Shown here: one piece after another, positions 1 to 12,959 of the stretch
How positions within the stretch are numbered: the stretch's first letter is position 1
Layout of the letters: each line of letters begins with the position of its first letter
Origin: Octopus vulgaris
Taxonomy: Eukaryota
Direction: 5' to 3'
DNA length: 64,000 nt
Assembly: GCA_951406725.2 (NCBI GenBank)
Contig: OX597822.1
Coordinates: forward strand, 115,568,001 to 115,632,000
Notes under the pieces: model-generated
Seen by the model: only the letters and a program-made list of their open reading frames with translations
Told to the model about the DNA's origin: nothing
The model's database searches: none
Translations under genes and position numbers: made by a program

Positions 1-1599
1 CACCTTGGCCAAAATTTTCAAATCTGCGTTGAGCAGAGTGATGGGCCTGAAATTATCTATGACGTCCCCCTTGTTTGGGTCTTTCTTGATCAGTGCCACT
101 GCTCCTCGCTTTACAAAAGCAGGAATACTCCCGTTCTGCTGCCAGTTGCAGTAGACAGCTGCCAAGACGCCTCCAAACAAGTCTGGCATATGAAAATAAA
201 ATTCGTAGGGCAGACCATCCAAGCCTGGTGACTTGTCTCTCGCGCAGCCTACCATCGCATCCTGTACGTCCGCAGCTGTGATAGGCTTTTCACAAGACTC
301 CACCTCCCTTGCTGAGAGTCGTGGCAAGGCATGCAGGTAGGCACTAAAGTCCACTCTGCTTTCTGACTCACCACTTGTCCCAAACAGTTGGGTGAAGTGT
401 TGTTGAAAAACCCCACACATCCTTTTAGGCTCGAGTAATTCGCGCCCCTGTTCATCTATAAGAGACTTGATGGTGGCTCTGTTGCCTCGTTGCGTCTCCA
501 CCACTCGGGCCTCTTGGGCGGCTCCAACTCCTTCGTTCCTCAGAGCACGCATCCTAGCTCTGACAACGCATCCCTCGTGTTTGGCGTTGAGGTGTTGGTC
601 GAGGGCCAATCTCGCCGCCAGTACGTTGGACGCGATGCCAGTTCTAAGTGCCTCTTCTAAAACCTTAACTAATTCTCCCTCTACTCTATTTCGGTCTAAT
701 GCTAGGGCTCTACTGTATCTGACTGATTCTGCTTTAATCGCTTTTTTTAGGGAATACCACCATCTGTTGTTGATGATGGTACCCGTCAAAGCTCTCTTAA
801 CTAATGTGCTGATCCGGTCCCTGTAAACCTGTCGTGCTGTAAAAGACGCGTTCAGTTTCCAGTAACCAGGACCCTGCCTATGTGTCTTATCTAAGTCAAG
901 TGTACAAGTCACAAACTTGTGATCTGTGTAACTGACTATATGAAATTGTGGACAACCTACACTATTTTTATCTATTGTCCTACAGAATACTCTATCTAAG
1001 TATGATCTGGACGACCCGATGCGGTTACTCCATGTCCACATTGGCACATTCGGGTGGTCCAGTCGGTACCTGTCAGACAGTTGGAAACGTCTGAGCAGGT
1101 CTTTGAGGCATTTGCATCCCCTTCTATTGCTATCTCTGCCCACGTAGTCTAGATGCGTGTCCAGGGTGGCATTCCAATCCCCCACTAAAAGTAAAGGACG
1201 AGACGTTCCCATGAAAGACTCTAGACGTCGAAAGAAATCTGGTCGGCCTGTTAAGGACGGAGCATAAACTGCTATCAGTCGAAAAGCACACTCATTGCTG
1301 CCATCGACATCCAAAACGACCAGCCTACCCTCCGGGTCTAGGAAATTTGCTCTTACTTTGAGATCCAGACTCTTCCGGATAAGCACCGCGGTGCCACCTC
1401 CGCCCATTCTCGGTAGACACGGAGAAAAATAAATGTTGAAATGTGTACCGAAAATGTGCTGGAGTGCCCGCAAGCTGTGGAGTCTGGTCTCACTGATGGC
1501 TATGATATTCAGATTTAGTGACTTGATGTCATTTAACAGGTAGCCTTGTTTCCAAGGCGACCCCAAGCCACGTACATTTATACTACCTATTCTGAGCAT
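1..1599 (-). CDS. LINE ORF2, APE endonuclease plus start of reverse transcriptase (3' end off-window)
   Basis: Hand-translated from ATG at 1599 with no stop down to base 1: MLRIGSINVRGL, IAISETR, LLVGDWNATLD, SYLDRVF, YTDHK, GPGYWKLN, KSPGLDGLPYEFY, NFRPITLLNADLKILAK. Absent from the ORF track because it has no stop in the window. Confidence 0.93.
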   Translation of the reverse strand, partial: MLRIGSINVRGLGSPWKQGYLLNDIKSLNLNIIAISETRLHSLRALQHIFGTHFNIYFSPCLPRMGGGGTAVLIRKSLDLKVRANFLDPEGRLVVLDVDGSNECAFRLIAVYAPSLTGRPDFFRRLESFMGTSRPLLLVGDWNATLDTHLDYVGRDSNRRGCKCLKDLLRRFQLSDRYRLDHPNVPMWTWSNRIGSSRSYLDRVFCRTIDKNSVGCPQFHIVSYTDHKFVTCTLDLDKTHRQGPGYWKLNASFTARQVYRDRISTLVKRALTGTIINNRWWYSLKKAIKAESVRYSRALALDRNRVEGELVKVLEEALRTGIASNVLAARLALDQHLNAKHEGCVVRARMRALRNEGVGAAQEARVVETQRGNRATIKSLIDEQGRELLEPKRMCGVFQQHFTQLFGTSGESESRVDFSAYLHALPRLSAREVESCEKPITAADVQDAMVGCARDKSPGLDGLPYEFYFHMPDLFGGVLAAVYCNWQQNGSIPAFVKRGAVALIKKDPNKGDVIDNFRPITLLNADLKILAKV

Positions 1600-1641
1600 G
1601 TTCCGATAAAAGTGCAAAAAAGGAAAAGGAGAGAGAAAAGG

Positions 1642-2076
1642 TTACTTGTTTTCCGAAAGTTCTTTGTCTTTCACCTCACGGTCTTCTTCTATGAGGCTTT
1701 TATACAGTTTTTTTGATGAGTACTTTTGAAATCTCCCTACTGCATCAGGGTAAAGAGATTTCAGGGTGCTGTATGTGTTCTGTGTCACGTGTATTATTTT
1801 AATGTGTTGTGGTGGTGTTGTGTGTGGGTGGTTACTTGTTTTTATGTCGTTTTCAGTAATGTTAGTGTTTGACCTAATGTGTTCCATTAGGTCGTGGTTG
1901 TTTGTGTTTATGGCTGTCAACATTTTTGGGGGGTTTGATGATGGTGTGTTTGTGTTGATGTGTGTGTTTTCTGTGGATGTTTTTGTTTCGGGAGTGGTGT
2001 ATCTTCCCGCTTTGTTTGTTATTTTTTCTTTTCTTTTTTTCCCCTTTTTCTTCTCCCCCCTGTGGCTATTTGCCAA
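1642..2076 (-). CDS. Probable frameshifted C-terminus of ORF1
   Basis: Overlaps the ORF1 end in another frame around a G6 run (~2055-2060); same T/N/K composition; ends ~40 bp before the ORF2 ATG. Confidence 0.55.
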   Translation of the reverse strand: MANSHRGEKKKGKKRKEKITNKAGRYTTPETKTSTENTHINTNTPSSNPPKMLTAINTNNHDLMEHIRSNTNITENDIKTSNHPHTTPPQHIKIIHVTQNTYSTLKSLYPDAVGRFQKYSSKKLYKSLIEEDREVKDKELSENK

Positions 2077-3905
2077 TCTTCCGTGTCTTCTTCGTCTAAT
2101 GACAGATCAGACGAATCGGAGTCTGGAAGAGGGAAAGTATTGGGGTCTATTGTCGACTGTGTTGGTTTTGTTGTTGGTGTTGGTTGGTGAGCGTTTGGTT
2201 GTGGTGTGTGCGGTTTTGGATGTGGGGTTTGGGTATTTTGTGTTTGAGTGATTGTGGGTATTGTTGTGTTGTTTAGGGTCTCAATTTTGTGGGGATTTGG
2301 AGTTGTAATTGTTTCTTCATTTATGCTGGGTGTCTTTTTGGCAGATGTCCTTGGTTTGGGAGTTGGTATATTCTTGGTTGTTGTTGTTGGTGATGCTGCT
2401 TCTGTTCTTGGTGCTGCAGTTGGTGTGGTTGTTTGTTTGGTGAGGTTTGTTCCTGCAAAAAGTGGTGTGGGTAGTAGACCTTGTTTATTTGTTTTTGTTT
2501 CCGGCTGCTGTTGTTTTCTTGCGGCAGATTTGCAGTCTTTTTTGAGATGTTGCTCACTGCCGCATATGTAGCAACGTGGTCTTCTGCCATCGACGACCAC
2601 ATATAACTTGTGGTCGTCTGATACACATATCTGGGTGGGTATTTTTTTTATATCTTCATGATGTATATGTAGAAGAAATTCTATTTTCTTTCCCACCCAG
2701 TTTTTATGCTCTGTGACTGTGGTTTCCAAAATAGTATAATTCGCCATTTTTATGCATAAAGCCTTTACAAGCCATAGACTATTGGCTATTTTGGGGACAT
2801 TGTTTAGAGTGATCTTAGTCACTTTCTGTCCCCGATAGCTTGGTGTAAGTTGGAGTTCATCTGAGTGAAGAGTTAGCGTTGAGAAATGTCTAGCTAACTC
2901 TTCGGTGTAGAAAACGACTTGTATGTGGGCAAATTTGTTCCACCAGGTTACATATTCTTTGTGATCCCAGATGGGTTTCAGGCACTTCTCTATTTTGCCT
3001 GTGTTGGCCTTCTCTGGGATTTTTGTTTTTTTGTTAACTATTTTATAAATGATTGTTCGTCTTTTTTCATTTTCCAAAATATCTTCTGGTATGTTAATTT
3101 TTACGATACCTTCTGATTCTGTTATTTTGATGTTCGTGTCCTGTAATTGTTGAGCCGTAAAGTATATTGTTGTTTTTTTTTCTTTAATCGCCTCAGCGAA
3201 ATTTGTTGTTGTTTTGTTATTGTTGTTGCTTGTGGTGATGTTGTTGGCTGCAGTTTGTAAAATTGGTGTGTTAGGTTCGATCGTGCAAGTAGGAAGGGGT
3301 GGAAAATTGCCTGCGTACTTTAGTCCTGCACTAGGGCAAAATTCGACATTTCGTTTGCTTGTCGTCGTTATTTTTTCACTTGTTGGTGATGGAGTGAGCA
3401 GTGGTTGAAGGGAGTTGTTGTTGTCGTCGTTGTTGTTGTTGTTATTGTCGTTCTTGGTGACGGCTGTGGTGTTGGTAGTATTTGTAGCATTGACGGCACG
3501 GTCTTTGGTGGCGGTGATGGTGATGTTGGTGTTGTTATTGGTGGCAATATCTTTAGTAGGGATAGCAGTTTTAGTAGCAGATTCTGCCATGGTGTTGGTG
3601 GTGGTGGTGGACTCACTGATGGTGTTGACGGTGCTTGGCCTTGCGACCTTTGTTTTGTATTTGTTGCTGTTGGTGGTGGTGGAGTTGTCAGGTTCGGCGT
3701 ATGCTAACAGAGCATCCTGTTTTTCTGTTTCTCCGTCACGCTTGACTTGCAACTCAGCCTCGTGGTGGTCAGTGGCCATTTTGGAAATAAAATGGCTAAA
3801 TGAAACCACGAAGGCTATGAGAATTTTTCTTTTAAATTTTGCCCGCAAGGGGCAAAATTTTGTGTCGATATTTATCAAAGGTTTACAGTGGATGTTGTTG
3901 TACAA
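2019..3905 (-). CDS. LINE ORF1, nucleic-acid-binding protein with CCHC zinc knuckle
   Basis: 628 aa; CYICGSEQHLKKDC knuckle; T/N/P-rich low-complexity flanks; lies upstream of ORF2. Confidence 0.85.
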   Translation of the reverse strand: MYNNIHCKPLINIDTKFCPLRAKFKRKILIAFVVSFSHFISKMATDHHEAELQVKRDGETEKQDALLAYAEPDNSTTTNSNKYKTKVARPSTVNTISESTTTTNTMAESATKTAIPTKDIATNNNTNITITATKDRAVNATNTTNTTAVTKNDNNNNNNDDNNNSLQPLLTPSPTSEKITTTSKRNVEFCPSAGLKYAGNFPPLPTCTIEPNTPILQTAANNITTSNNNNKTTTNFAEAIKEKKTTIYFTAQQLQDTNIKITESEGIVKINIPEDILENEKRRTIIYKIVNKKTKIPEKANTGKIEKCLKPIWDHKEYVTWWNKFAHIQVVFYTEELARHFSTLTLHSDELQLTPSYRGQKVTKITLNNVPKIANSLWLVKALCIKMANYTILETTVTEHKNWVGKKIEFLLHIHHEDIKKIPTQICVSDDHKLYVVVDGRRPRCYICGSEQHLKKDCKSAARKQQQPETKTNKQGLLPTPLFAGTNLTKQTTTPTAAPRTEAASPTTTTKNIPTPKPRTSAKKTPSINEETITTPNPHKIETLNNTTIPTITQTQNTQTPHPKPHTPQPNAHQPTPTTKPTQSTIDPNTFPLPDSDSSDLSLDEEDTEDWQIATGGRRKRGKKEKKK

Positions 3906-4072
3906 CTTTTAAGCAAAAAATGTTTGTCAATATACACTTTTAAATAGTCAAAATAAATGATTACCTTCGGAGCCGAAACGACATCACATCCGTCAGTCAG
4001 AGATAGATAGATAGATAGATAGACAGATAGATAGATAGAGAGAGAGAGAGATAGATAGAGAGAGAGATAGAG

Positions 4073-4112
<40 letters not shown>

Positions 4113-4179
4113 GTGTGATTCTATATGTATTGTGTACATGCGTTGTTAAGTATATATGTATATATATATATATGTTTTA

Positions 4180-4575
4180 TTATTTTACTTGTTTCAGTCA
4201 TTTGAGTGTGGCCATGCTGGAGCACCACCTTTAGTCGAACAGGATTTCTTCGTAAGCCTAGTACTTATTCTATCAATCTCTATTCCCGAACTGCTAGGTT
4301 ATGGTGATGTAAGCACACCCATAACGATTGAGGGGGCAAATACAGAGAGATGCATAAATGTATACACACACACACACACACACACACATACATACACACA
4401 CACACATATATATATATGTAGATATATATATATGTATATATATGACAGGCTTCTTTCAGGCTTTGGTCGATGCTATAGTAGAAGACACTTGCCCAAGGTG
4501 CAACGCAGTGGGACTGAACCCATAACCATGTGGTTGGGAAGCAAGCTTCCTACCACACTGCCACGCTGCGCCTCT
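4180..4575 (-). mobile_element. tRNA-derived SINE family A (internal TA/CA microsatellite)
   Basis: Matches the copy at 19720-20115: box A/B-like head, GGCAAGTGTCTTCTACTATAG, 3' end CCAGCATGGCC..TGACTGAAACAAGTAAAA. Confidence 0.85.
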
Positions 4576-4584
4576 ATATATAGT

Positions 4585-5310
4585 TGAGATTTACATAAAA
4601 ACAAAAGACGAAGACAGGTGCATGAACAACAAAGAGGTGTATTTGTTTGACGGTCGGGAAAGTGAGAAAGCCTTTTACGCTTCGAGTCTATGCGCCTCAA
4701 CAGAAAGGAATAAGAGAAAATAAACAGAGAGAGAATTAAAAATCTTGTGGATTTAGCGATGAAGCATGGCGACCGTTTGTGAGAAAAAAGTTTGACAGTA
4801 GAGGTAGAAATAAAGAGAGATAATAAAGTACTGGTGATCTGAAAACGAAGGTGCGCGTGCGTGTGTGTATGTGTAATGTGTGTGTGTGAATAGGGGCTAG
4901 TGACTTTTACGCGTTCATGTGTGTAGGTAAGTGCGTCTGTAATGTGTGTGTGGATGATGGTATGTGGGTGTGCAGATGATGGTGCGTGGTGTGGGTGATG
5001 GGAAGTGGTGAGTGCTAGTGTGTGGGTGGGGTGCTGGTGTGGTGGTATCTGGTGTGGTGGTGTATGGTGTGGGGGATGGGGGGATGTGGATGTGTGTGTG
5101 GGTGGAAGTGTGGGGGAAGGGTGGGTATGTAGGAGTGGGTGTGGGTGGAGGGGAGTATCTTTGAAGAGATAAGGTGGATAGGAGTGGAGAGAGGAAGTAG
5201 GTGTCAGATGAAGAGAGAAGAGGAGGGGAGTTGAGCCCATATGGCGCAAAGGAGGCAAGAGAGAAGATTAAATCTTGTTCACGGCGATGGCGAATCCGAA
5301 CACAGACAGG
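4585..5310 (-). mobile_element. Penelope-like element 3' fragment (GIY-YIG C-terminus, CA-rich UTR, pLTR with decayed hammerhead)
   Basis: Minus-strand RHRREQDLIFSLASFAPYGLN (~5230-5292); CCTTT-CTGTTGA...GAAG-CG-TA-AAAGG at 4671-4708; same terminus recurs inverted at ~11930-12030. Confidence 0.6.
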
Positions 5311-5631
5311 TGTTGTGGTTATAATCAGTTATTCCTCTGTCATCTCTTTTCTTAGTTATTTATTTATTTATGAGGTGTGGTCACTTTCGTCGCACACCTG
5401 ATACCTTTCCATTCTAGCCCTGACTGTCCAGACATAACCCAAAACATGAAACTCTCTCTCTCTTCCTGTTTCTCTCTCTTCCTGTTTCTCTCTCTCTCTA
5501 TCTATCTATCTACCTGTCTGTCTGTGTCTCTCTTTCTCCTACTCTCCCTGTCTGTGAAGTTAGAAACAGGCTTAGTAAACACAAAGTGGGAAAACATGCA
5601 ACAAATACTTCAACAGGAATACAATTTCGTT

Positions 5632-5792
5632 GCTATAAGAAATTTGTTTCACAAGGTTCGGAGTTCAATCCCATAGCGTGGCACCTTGGGCAAGTGTCTC
5701 CTACTATAGTCTCGAGCCAACTAAAGCCTTGTGAGTGAATATGGTAAATGGAAACTGAACGAAGCTAGTTAAATGTGTGTGTGTGTGTGTGT

Positions 5793-5837
<45 letters not shown>

Positions 5838-6003
5838 CGTGTCCATCTACCACCACCGTTTGACAACCCCTATTAGCGGTTCGGCAAAAGATATCAATGT
5901 TAAAAACACATTATGAGTACTAGGGTCGGTTCGTTCAACTAAAATTCTTCGAGGTGGTGCTCCAGCATGGCTGTAGTCTAATGATTGCAACAAGTAAAAT
6001 ATA
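5632..6003 (+). mobile_element. SINE family A
   Basis: GTGGCACCTTGGGCAAGTGTC, internal (GT)n, TAGCGGTTCGGCAAAAGA, CCAGCATGGC. Confidence 0.75.
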
Positions 6004-6079
6004 AACACTTTGGAAAAAAGGTTAACCAGGATAAAGTAACAACTGCGAAACGGCAGAACAATTTCAAACGTAGAATATG

Positions 6080-6505
6080 AGTCTCCCTAATATAGGCAAA
6101 AGACCTGCAAAATTAGGGGAGAGACTTAGTCGGTTATATCGAGTACGGTGTTCAACTGGAACTTATTCTATTGACCCCAAAAGGATGAAAGGTAAAGTCG
6201 ATATGGGTAGAATTTGAACTCAGAACGTTGAAGAAATGCCGTTAACGATTCTGCCAGTGTCAGAAGACATAAAAGGTGATACTTCTATAAGCGAAAGGCA
6301 CCAGGCTGGCAGAATCGTTAGCACACCAGACAAAATATTTAGCGGTATTTCGACCGTCTTTATGCTTTGAGTTCAAATTCCCCCGACGTCGACTTTGCCT
6401 TTCATCCTTTCGGGATTGACAAAATAAGTACCAGTTAAGCCTGGAGCCGATATAATCGACTTACCCCATCCCCCAAAGTGCTAGGCTTTGTAGCTTTGGT
6501 AGAAG
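6080..6505. mobile_element. Two diverged SINE family B copies (minus then plus)
   Basis: GCTGGCAGAATCGTTAGCA..TGAGTTCAAATTC..GTCGACTTTGCCTTTCATCC on plus, with its reverse complement upstream. Confidence 0.7.
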
Positions 6506-6644
6506 ACGATGAAATCGTTTAAGTTAAGTTGAAAGAAAATGTGAGAACAAATGGTGGAGTGTTACTTGATTCGAACGAAAGGTTCTTCTCCCAACTTAAT
6601 TATGCTCAATAAGGTCAGTGATATATATATATATATATATATAT

Positions 6645-6930
6645 CTTTTACTCTTTTTCTCTTTTTACTTGTTTCAGTCATTTGACTGCGGCCATGCTGG
6701 AGCACCGCCTTTAGTCGAGCAAATCGACCCCGGGACTTATTCTTTGTAAGCCCAGTACTTATTGTATCGGTCTCTTTTGCCGAACCGCTAAGTTACGGCG
6801 ACGTAAACGCACCAGCATCAATGCTAGGGGAACAAACACAGACACACAAACATATTCACACACACTTATATATATATACATATATACGACAGGCTTCTTT
6901 CAGTTTCCGTCTACCAAATCCACTCGCAAG
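6645..6930 (-). mobile_element. SINE family A, head missing
   Basis: Near-identical to the 3' two-thirds of 19072-19497. Confidence 0.85.
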
Positions 6931-6943
6931 GTGTATATATATA

Positions 6944-6990
<47 letters not shown>

Positions 6991-6991
6991 G

Positions 6992-7492
<501 letters not shown>

Positions 7493-7959
7493 TCTTTAAA
7501 TATTTGAACGTGAAACGAATTTGCTTTTTCCTCATGTTGCCTTTCAAGAAAAGCGCCCGTTTGCTATTTCACGACGATGCAGATATACGTTATCTTAGTT
7601 TAATAATATTTTTTCGAAATACATAAACAAACAAAGTTTGAGGAAGCACGTAAGCTCGGTATAAGCGTTGAATAGTGTGTGACTAAGCTAAGAAAACGTA
7701 TTATATTTTTTTAAAGTCTCATGTTTCTCTAAAGATAATCCTAGTGACGCTAATGATAAAGATAATCCTAGCGAGATTAATGATATCAGCAGCTTGGGAC
7801 TTCATCTTACGGATCTGACCATATTCGTTTACGAAAAAAGATTAAAAGTCCTTAATGATCGCATGAAAATATGGTGCAGCACCTCACAACCAGAAAAAAG
7901 GGTGACTGATAACTTCCAAGGCAGTTACGTAAAACGATATTCTACCCATATTCACCTCA

Positions 7960-8191
7960 AGGCGGCGAGCTGGTAGAAACGCTAGCACGCAGGGCGAAAT
8001 GCGTAGCCGTATTTCGTCTGCCGTTACGTTCTGAGTTCAAATTCCGCCGAGGTCGACTTTGCCTTTCATTTTTTCGGAGTCGATTAAATAAGTACCAGTT
8101 ACGCACTGGGGTTGATATAATCGACTTAATCCGTTTGTCTGTCCTTGTTTGTCCTCTCTGTGTTTAGCCCCTTGTGGGTAGTAAAGAAATA
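7960..8191 (+). mobile_element. SINE family B, full length, ~24-bp TSD
   Basis: AGGCGGCGAGCTGG head; flanks GATATTC(T/G)ACCCATATTCACCTCA at 7936-7959 and 8192-8215. Confidence 0.9.
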
Positions 8192-8239
8192 GATATTCGA
8201 CCCATATTCACCTCACAAAAGACTATCAAGCCTACGCTG

Positions 8240-8285
<46 letters not shown>

Positions 8286-8628
8286 GTATGTATGAATGTA
8301 TGTATATACATGTGTCTGTAGAGAGAGAGTGAGAGAGAGAGAGAGAGAGAGATGTGCATGTATATTTATATGCATGTATGATGTATAACGCTGCAAATTC
8401 CTTCCACGTAAAGATATGCAGTGGCTGTAAATTTAGGCACAAGTCTCGCAGTTTCGGGGGATGAAGTAAGTCGATTAAATCGGCACCAGTGCTCAACTGG
8501 TATTTATTTTATCGACCCTGGAAGAATAAAAGGCAAAATCGACGGACGGATGAAATGCCACAAAGCATTTTGTCCGGCGTGCTAACGATGCAGCCAGTGA
8601 GCCGCCTTTCCATAAGTGTGTGTGTTTG

Positions 8629-8664
<36 letters not shown>

Positions 8665-8668
<4 letters not shown>

Positions 8669-8969
8669 ATGATCACGTGACAGACCAGGCTCTCAGATGT
8701 TGCTACACATCGCTGGTCACGATGCGCTTCACATTGTTTTAGCCTTCGGATGACGCCACCCCGCTGGCTAAGCAAGCAGGCCAACAGAAGAAAGAGTGAG
8801 AGAAAGTTATTGCGAAAGAGTACAGCAGGGATCGCCACCACCCCTGCCGGAAATTCGTGGAGCTTTAGGTGTTTTCGCTCAATACACACTCACAACGCCC
8901 GGTCTGGGAATCGAAACCGCGATCCTACGAACGCGAGTCCGCTGTCCTAACCACTGGGCCATTGCGCCT

Positions 8970-8972
<3 letters not shown>
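8665..8972 (-). mobile_element. tRNA-derived SINE, family C group
   Basis: Minus GGAGGCGCAATGGCCCAGTGGTTAGG..GGTTTCGATTCCCAGACCGGGCG; related partial copy at 62305-62578. Confidence 0.85.
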
Positions 8973-9010
<38 letters not shown>

Positions 9011-9081
9011 CACACATGTATATATAATGTTAAAGTAATATAATTTATCAACAATATCTTGAGTTAATTAATATTTAATTT

Positions 9082-9128
<47 letters not shown>

Positions 9129-9175
9129 ATATGTATATATATCTGTGTGTGTGTATATATATGTGTATGTGTGTG

Positions 9176-9217
<42 letters not shown>

Positions 9218-9634
9218 CATACATACATATTAAGCTTTAATTAACACAGAATATTTCTGTTAATGTTTCTTTCAAAAATTATTTAAGTCATGCCCACAGA
9301 CCCAGTTTAAAATTATTGAATCTATTATCTTATTGGTAAAGGATTTCATTGACAAATTGACACACATCTGCGCTATTCAAGGTGAAATTGGCTCGGATCG
9401 TATTTCCGCACAGGAATGAAAGAGGATCTGTGTGACACTCCAAAGAACTAAGGAATCTAATTCTAACCGCTTCTTATATCAGACATGTACATGTTATAGA
9501 ACAAATACAAGAAAGCTCACACACTCTGCGAATATAAATGAACCACGAAACCACATGTAACAGTTCCCACCTGAAGATCGAAGTTAGGTGAAACTCGATG
9601 TCAAAGGTAAGAATTCAGTTTAATAAACCTTTAA

Positions 9635-9726
<92 letters not shown>

Positions 9727-10441
9727 GTTTGCATGTATGTATATGTATTTATTATGCATGTATGTTTCTGTATGTATTAATTATACATACATACACACAT
9801 ACATACATACACATAAACATACATACATACATACATACATACATACATACATACATACATACATACATACATACATACATACATACATGCATACACATAC
9901 TATTTTCTATGAGCACGGTATTTTGGGGAGAAGAGTTTGTCTCTCGATCTGTAGTGAGCATCCCTTGGCTTAGAAAAGTTCTGCACATCGCTCTCTCGTT
10001 GTGAAAGGAGCGGCGAGCTGTCATCAGTGAGGTAAGTCCCTTAAATCTGTCAGTCCAGGAGATCTAATATAGTTTGGAGGAGCTAGGCCGCTGACCGTGA
10101 AGTTGTTGACGTTTCTGGCGTTCAGTCCAGTCGAAGTAACCGGTGAGGAGACTAGAGAAGGTGCGTGGCGGTTCCCTATATCTTAGTCACAGTGTGGTTC
10201 CTGTGAATGCTGAGAGTGTCTTAGGTTGCTTCCGTTGATAAAGTCAAAAGAGAAAAAGAATTCATATTTCTGTATTTAAAATATGCGAACAGGATGTTAA
10301 AATGCCGCTGAAACATGGACGTTATGCATCCTATTCAGAGCTTGTTTAATGATAAGAAGATATACGGCGAAGAAAGAAGGAAAACAAATCGTGTGTACAC
10401 GCACACATAAATATTCATTTAAATATTCAAACGTATCTATG

Positions 10442-10529
<88 letters not shown>

Positions 10530-10570
10530 TATATGTATGTATGTATGTATGTATATACATATATGTATAC

Positions 10571-10604
<34 letters not shown>

Positions 10605-10608
<4 letters not shown>

Positions 10609-10854
10609 GAAATATTAAAATAACTAAGTCTCTCTAAAAGAGAACAGCGGCAGCGTTCCCGGAAAATAATAGTTATCGCCATACTAATATGGCATTCTTA
10701 TAAAAATAAGAAAAAAGCTGTCCGCTTATTAGCTCCATGAGGCCATCGCCTTAAGTTAGCTATTTGATACACAAACTGTATCCATATAACCTTCGAACAA
10801 GGGAGGTCAGTCGCTCCACACTACTTGACCGGCAGCTACAGACGCGTTTCGGGG
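10605..10854 (-). mobile_element. Probable PLE pLTR remnant with the 3' half of a hammerhead
   Basis: Flanked by TA repeats; minus strand CCCC-GAAA-CGCG-TC-TGTAGC at 10835-10854. Confidence 0.4.
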
Positions 10855-11703
10855 TATATATATATGTTTGTATATACGTTTATGTATCTATCATATTGAT
10901 ACCACTCTGCTATCAAAGGAAATTATTCCTCTTCCAATGTGGTGTTGATAACTCACTTTCTATTTCGTTACAAACTTGGGGGTGTGTATATATGTATACA
11001 TATATAGTTATACAAAAAATAGGGTGGGGTCCGCGTGCGTGCGTGCGTGGAGAATGATAGAGAGTGAGAGAAATGGATGGATTACGATCCAAGAAACCGC
11101 TCCTGTTCCGCATTCATACTGCAATAACAATGCAACGCCATGATATCCTGGCATTAGCTGAAGAGACAAAACTATGTTCGGATTGTTGAGTTGATGGTGG
11201 GTTGAGAAGATAATATAGAGTGACCAGATGAACGAAAGACGCCTAAAATAATATAGGGATCAGAAAATTGAATGAGACACGATGACGGCAGTTTATGATG
11301 GTCTCTGGAGAGATGGGACGGTCTGAGGTTTTAGCAAGATCGATTATATTCTGCCTGATCGGTATTGAATATAGAAAGGACATTGCAGCAGTGATTTATA
11401 TAATGGAAAGAACAACTGAAAACGGTTCCTCATGGATATAGTAATTGCATAGGAAGGCCAAAACTGAAGTCAAGAACACAGATTCCCAGCGAATGGACAA
11501 AGCGAAATAGGTGCTATATGGCCGCATTAGTTACAGCTACATCCAGCTTGGTAAGGTTGTTGCACGAATGGCGTAGGAAAAGGGACACTAGAATAAAATC
11601 CAAACGAATCTAGACATTGCCCGAAAGCATCAGCACTGAATGACATCAACGGATTGAACGGTAATGTCAGAAAGTGTAAATCGATGTAAGCTCAGTAAGT
11701 AGC

Positions 11704-11756
<53 letters not shown>

Positions 11757-11759
<3 letters not shown>

Positions 11760-12046
11760 CTTTTATTTTTCAGTCATTTTGACTGCGGCCATGCTGGGGC
11801 ATCTCTTGTTAATCGAAGAAATCGACCCTGGACTTGTTCTATCGATGTCTTTTGCTGATCCGCTTAGTTAGGGGACGTAAACACAACATCTGTTGTGTAG
11901 CGATGGTAGAGGAATAAACACAGACAAAAACACACTTCCCGAGCGTTTAACTAATACATCTGTTTGTTGTCTACACCACCAGTCTACGTCTTCTTTTGTT
12001 GTTTTTTTGTTTTTATTTGTGAATTCTCCTTATATATATATATATA

Positions 12047-12085
<39 letters not shown>

Positions 12086-12245
12086 GACAGGCTTTTTTCA
12101 GTTTCCGTCCACCAAATCCACTCACAAGGCTTTGATTCGCTCAAGACTATAGTAGAAGACACTTTCCCAAGGTGCCACGCAGTGGGAATGAACCCGGTAC
12201 CATGTGGTTGAGAATTAAGCTTCTTACCACACACCCACGCCTATA
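11757..12245 (-). mobile_element. SINE family A with a nested PLE-terminus fragment (~11930-12030)
   Basis: Both SINE halves recognisable; the insert is the reverse complement of 4585-4665. Confidence 0.75.
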
Positions 12246-12378
12246 TGTATATGTATATATATATATGTTTCTTCTTTTATTCTTTTAAGTGTTTCAGCTT
12301 TAAAACTGCGGTCATGCTGGGCCACCAGTATATGCATATATGTGGTGTGTGCCTGTGTGTGTGTGTGTGTGTGTGTGC

Positions 12379-12413
<35 letters not shown>

Positions 12414-12653
12414 TCTGTGTGTGTGTGCTTCTGTGTGTGTGTGCTTCTGTGTGTGTGTGTGTGTGTATACACTGCAAATTTGCCATTTGCTTTTAGCTTA
12501 GGTCCTTTCTCTCCCATATGCATGATGAACCATTTTCAGTTGTCCTTTCTAAGCTCAGTGCCGACCAGGTAGAGCATAATGGATCGAGTTACAAACCCAC
12601 ACCACACAGCCTCTACAGAAAGCACCATAAATATGTATGTGTGTATATATGTA

Positions 12654-12789
<136 letters not shown>

Positions 12790-12959
12790 TATATATATAA
12801 ATGTTCGTAGCCACTTCAGCATGGTTGTCCGTTCGAACGGACTTTACTGTAATTTTTTAACCCCAAGAGGACATCTCTTCTAACTGGTTAACGATGCACA
12901 GCTACATCCGACATATTTCGAGCAGCGGAGCGAATCTCTACCACTTTCTAGCGACGCAA

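Larger units (their letters stand above)
1..4000 (-). mobile_element. Tx1/L1-clade non-LTR retrotransposon, 5' part (continues beyond left edge)
   Basis: Gag-like ORF1 followed by APE-RT ORF2; 5' end abuts an (AGAT)n/(AG)n microsatellite at ~4001. Confidence 0.9.

Noticed and set aside
1766-3912. Hydrophobic plus-strand ORFs antisense to LINE ORF1
   Set aside because: A by-product of the A/C-rich sense strand; no independent evidence.
9567-9606. CTGAAGA...GAAACTCGATGTC before a (TA)n tract
   Set aside because: Not listed as a feature. The core is present but stem I is unpaired and stem II is weak; at best a decayed pLTR hammerhead.
11060-11700. Possible L2/CR1 endonuclease remnant on minus
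   Set aside because: Similarity is too faint to call without alignment.
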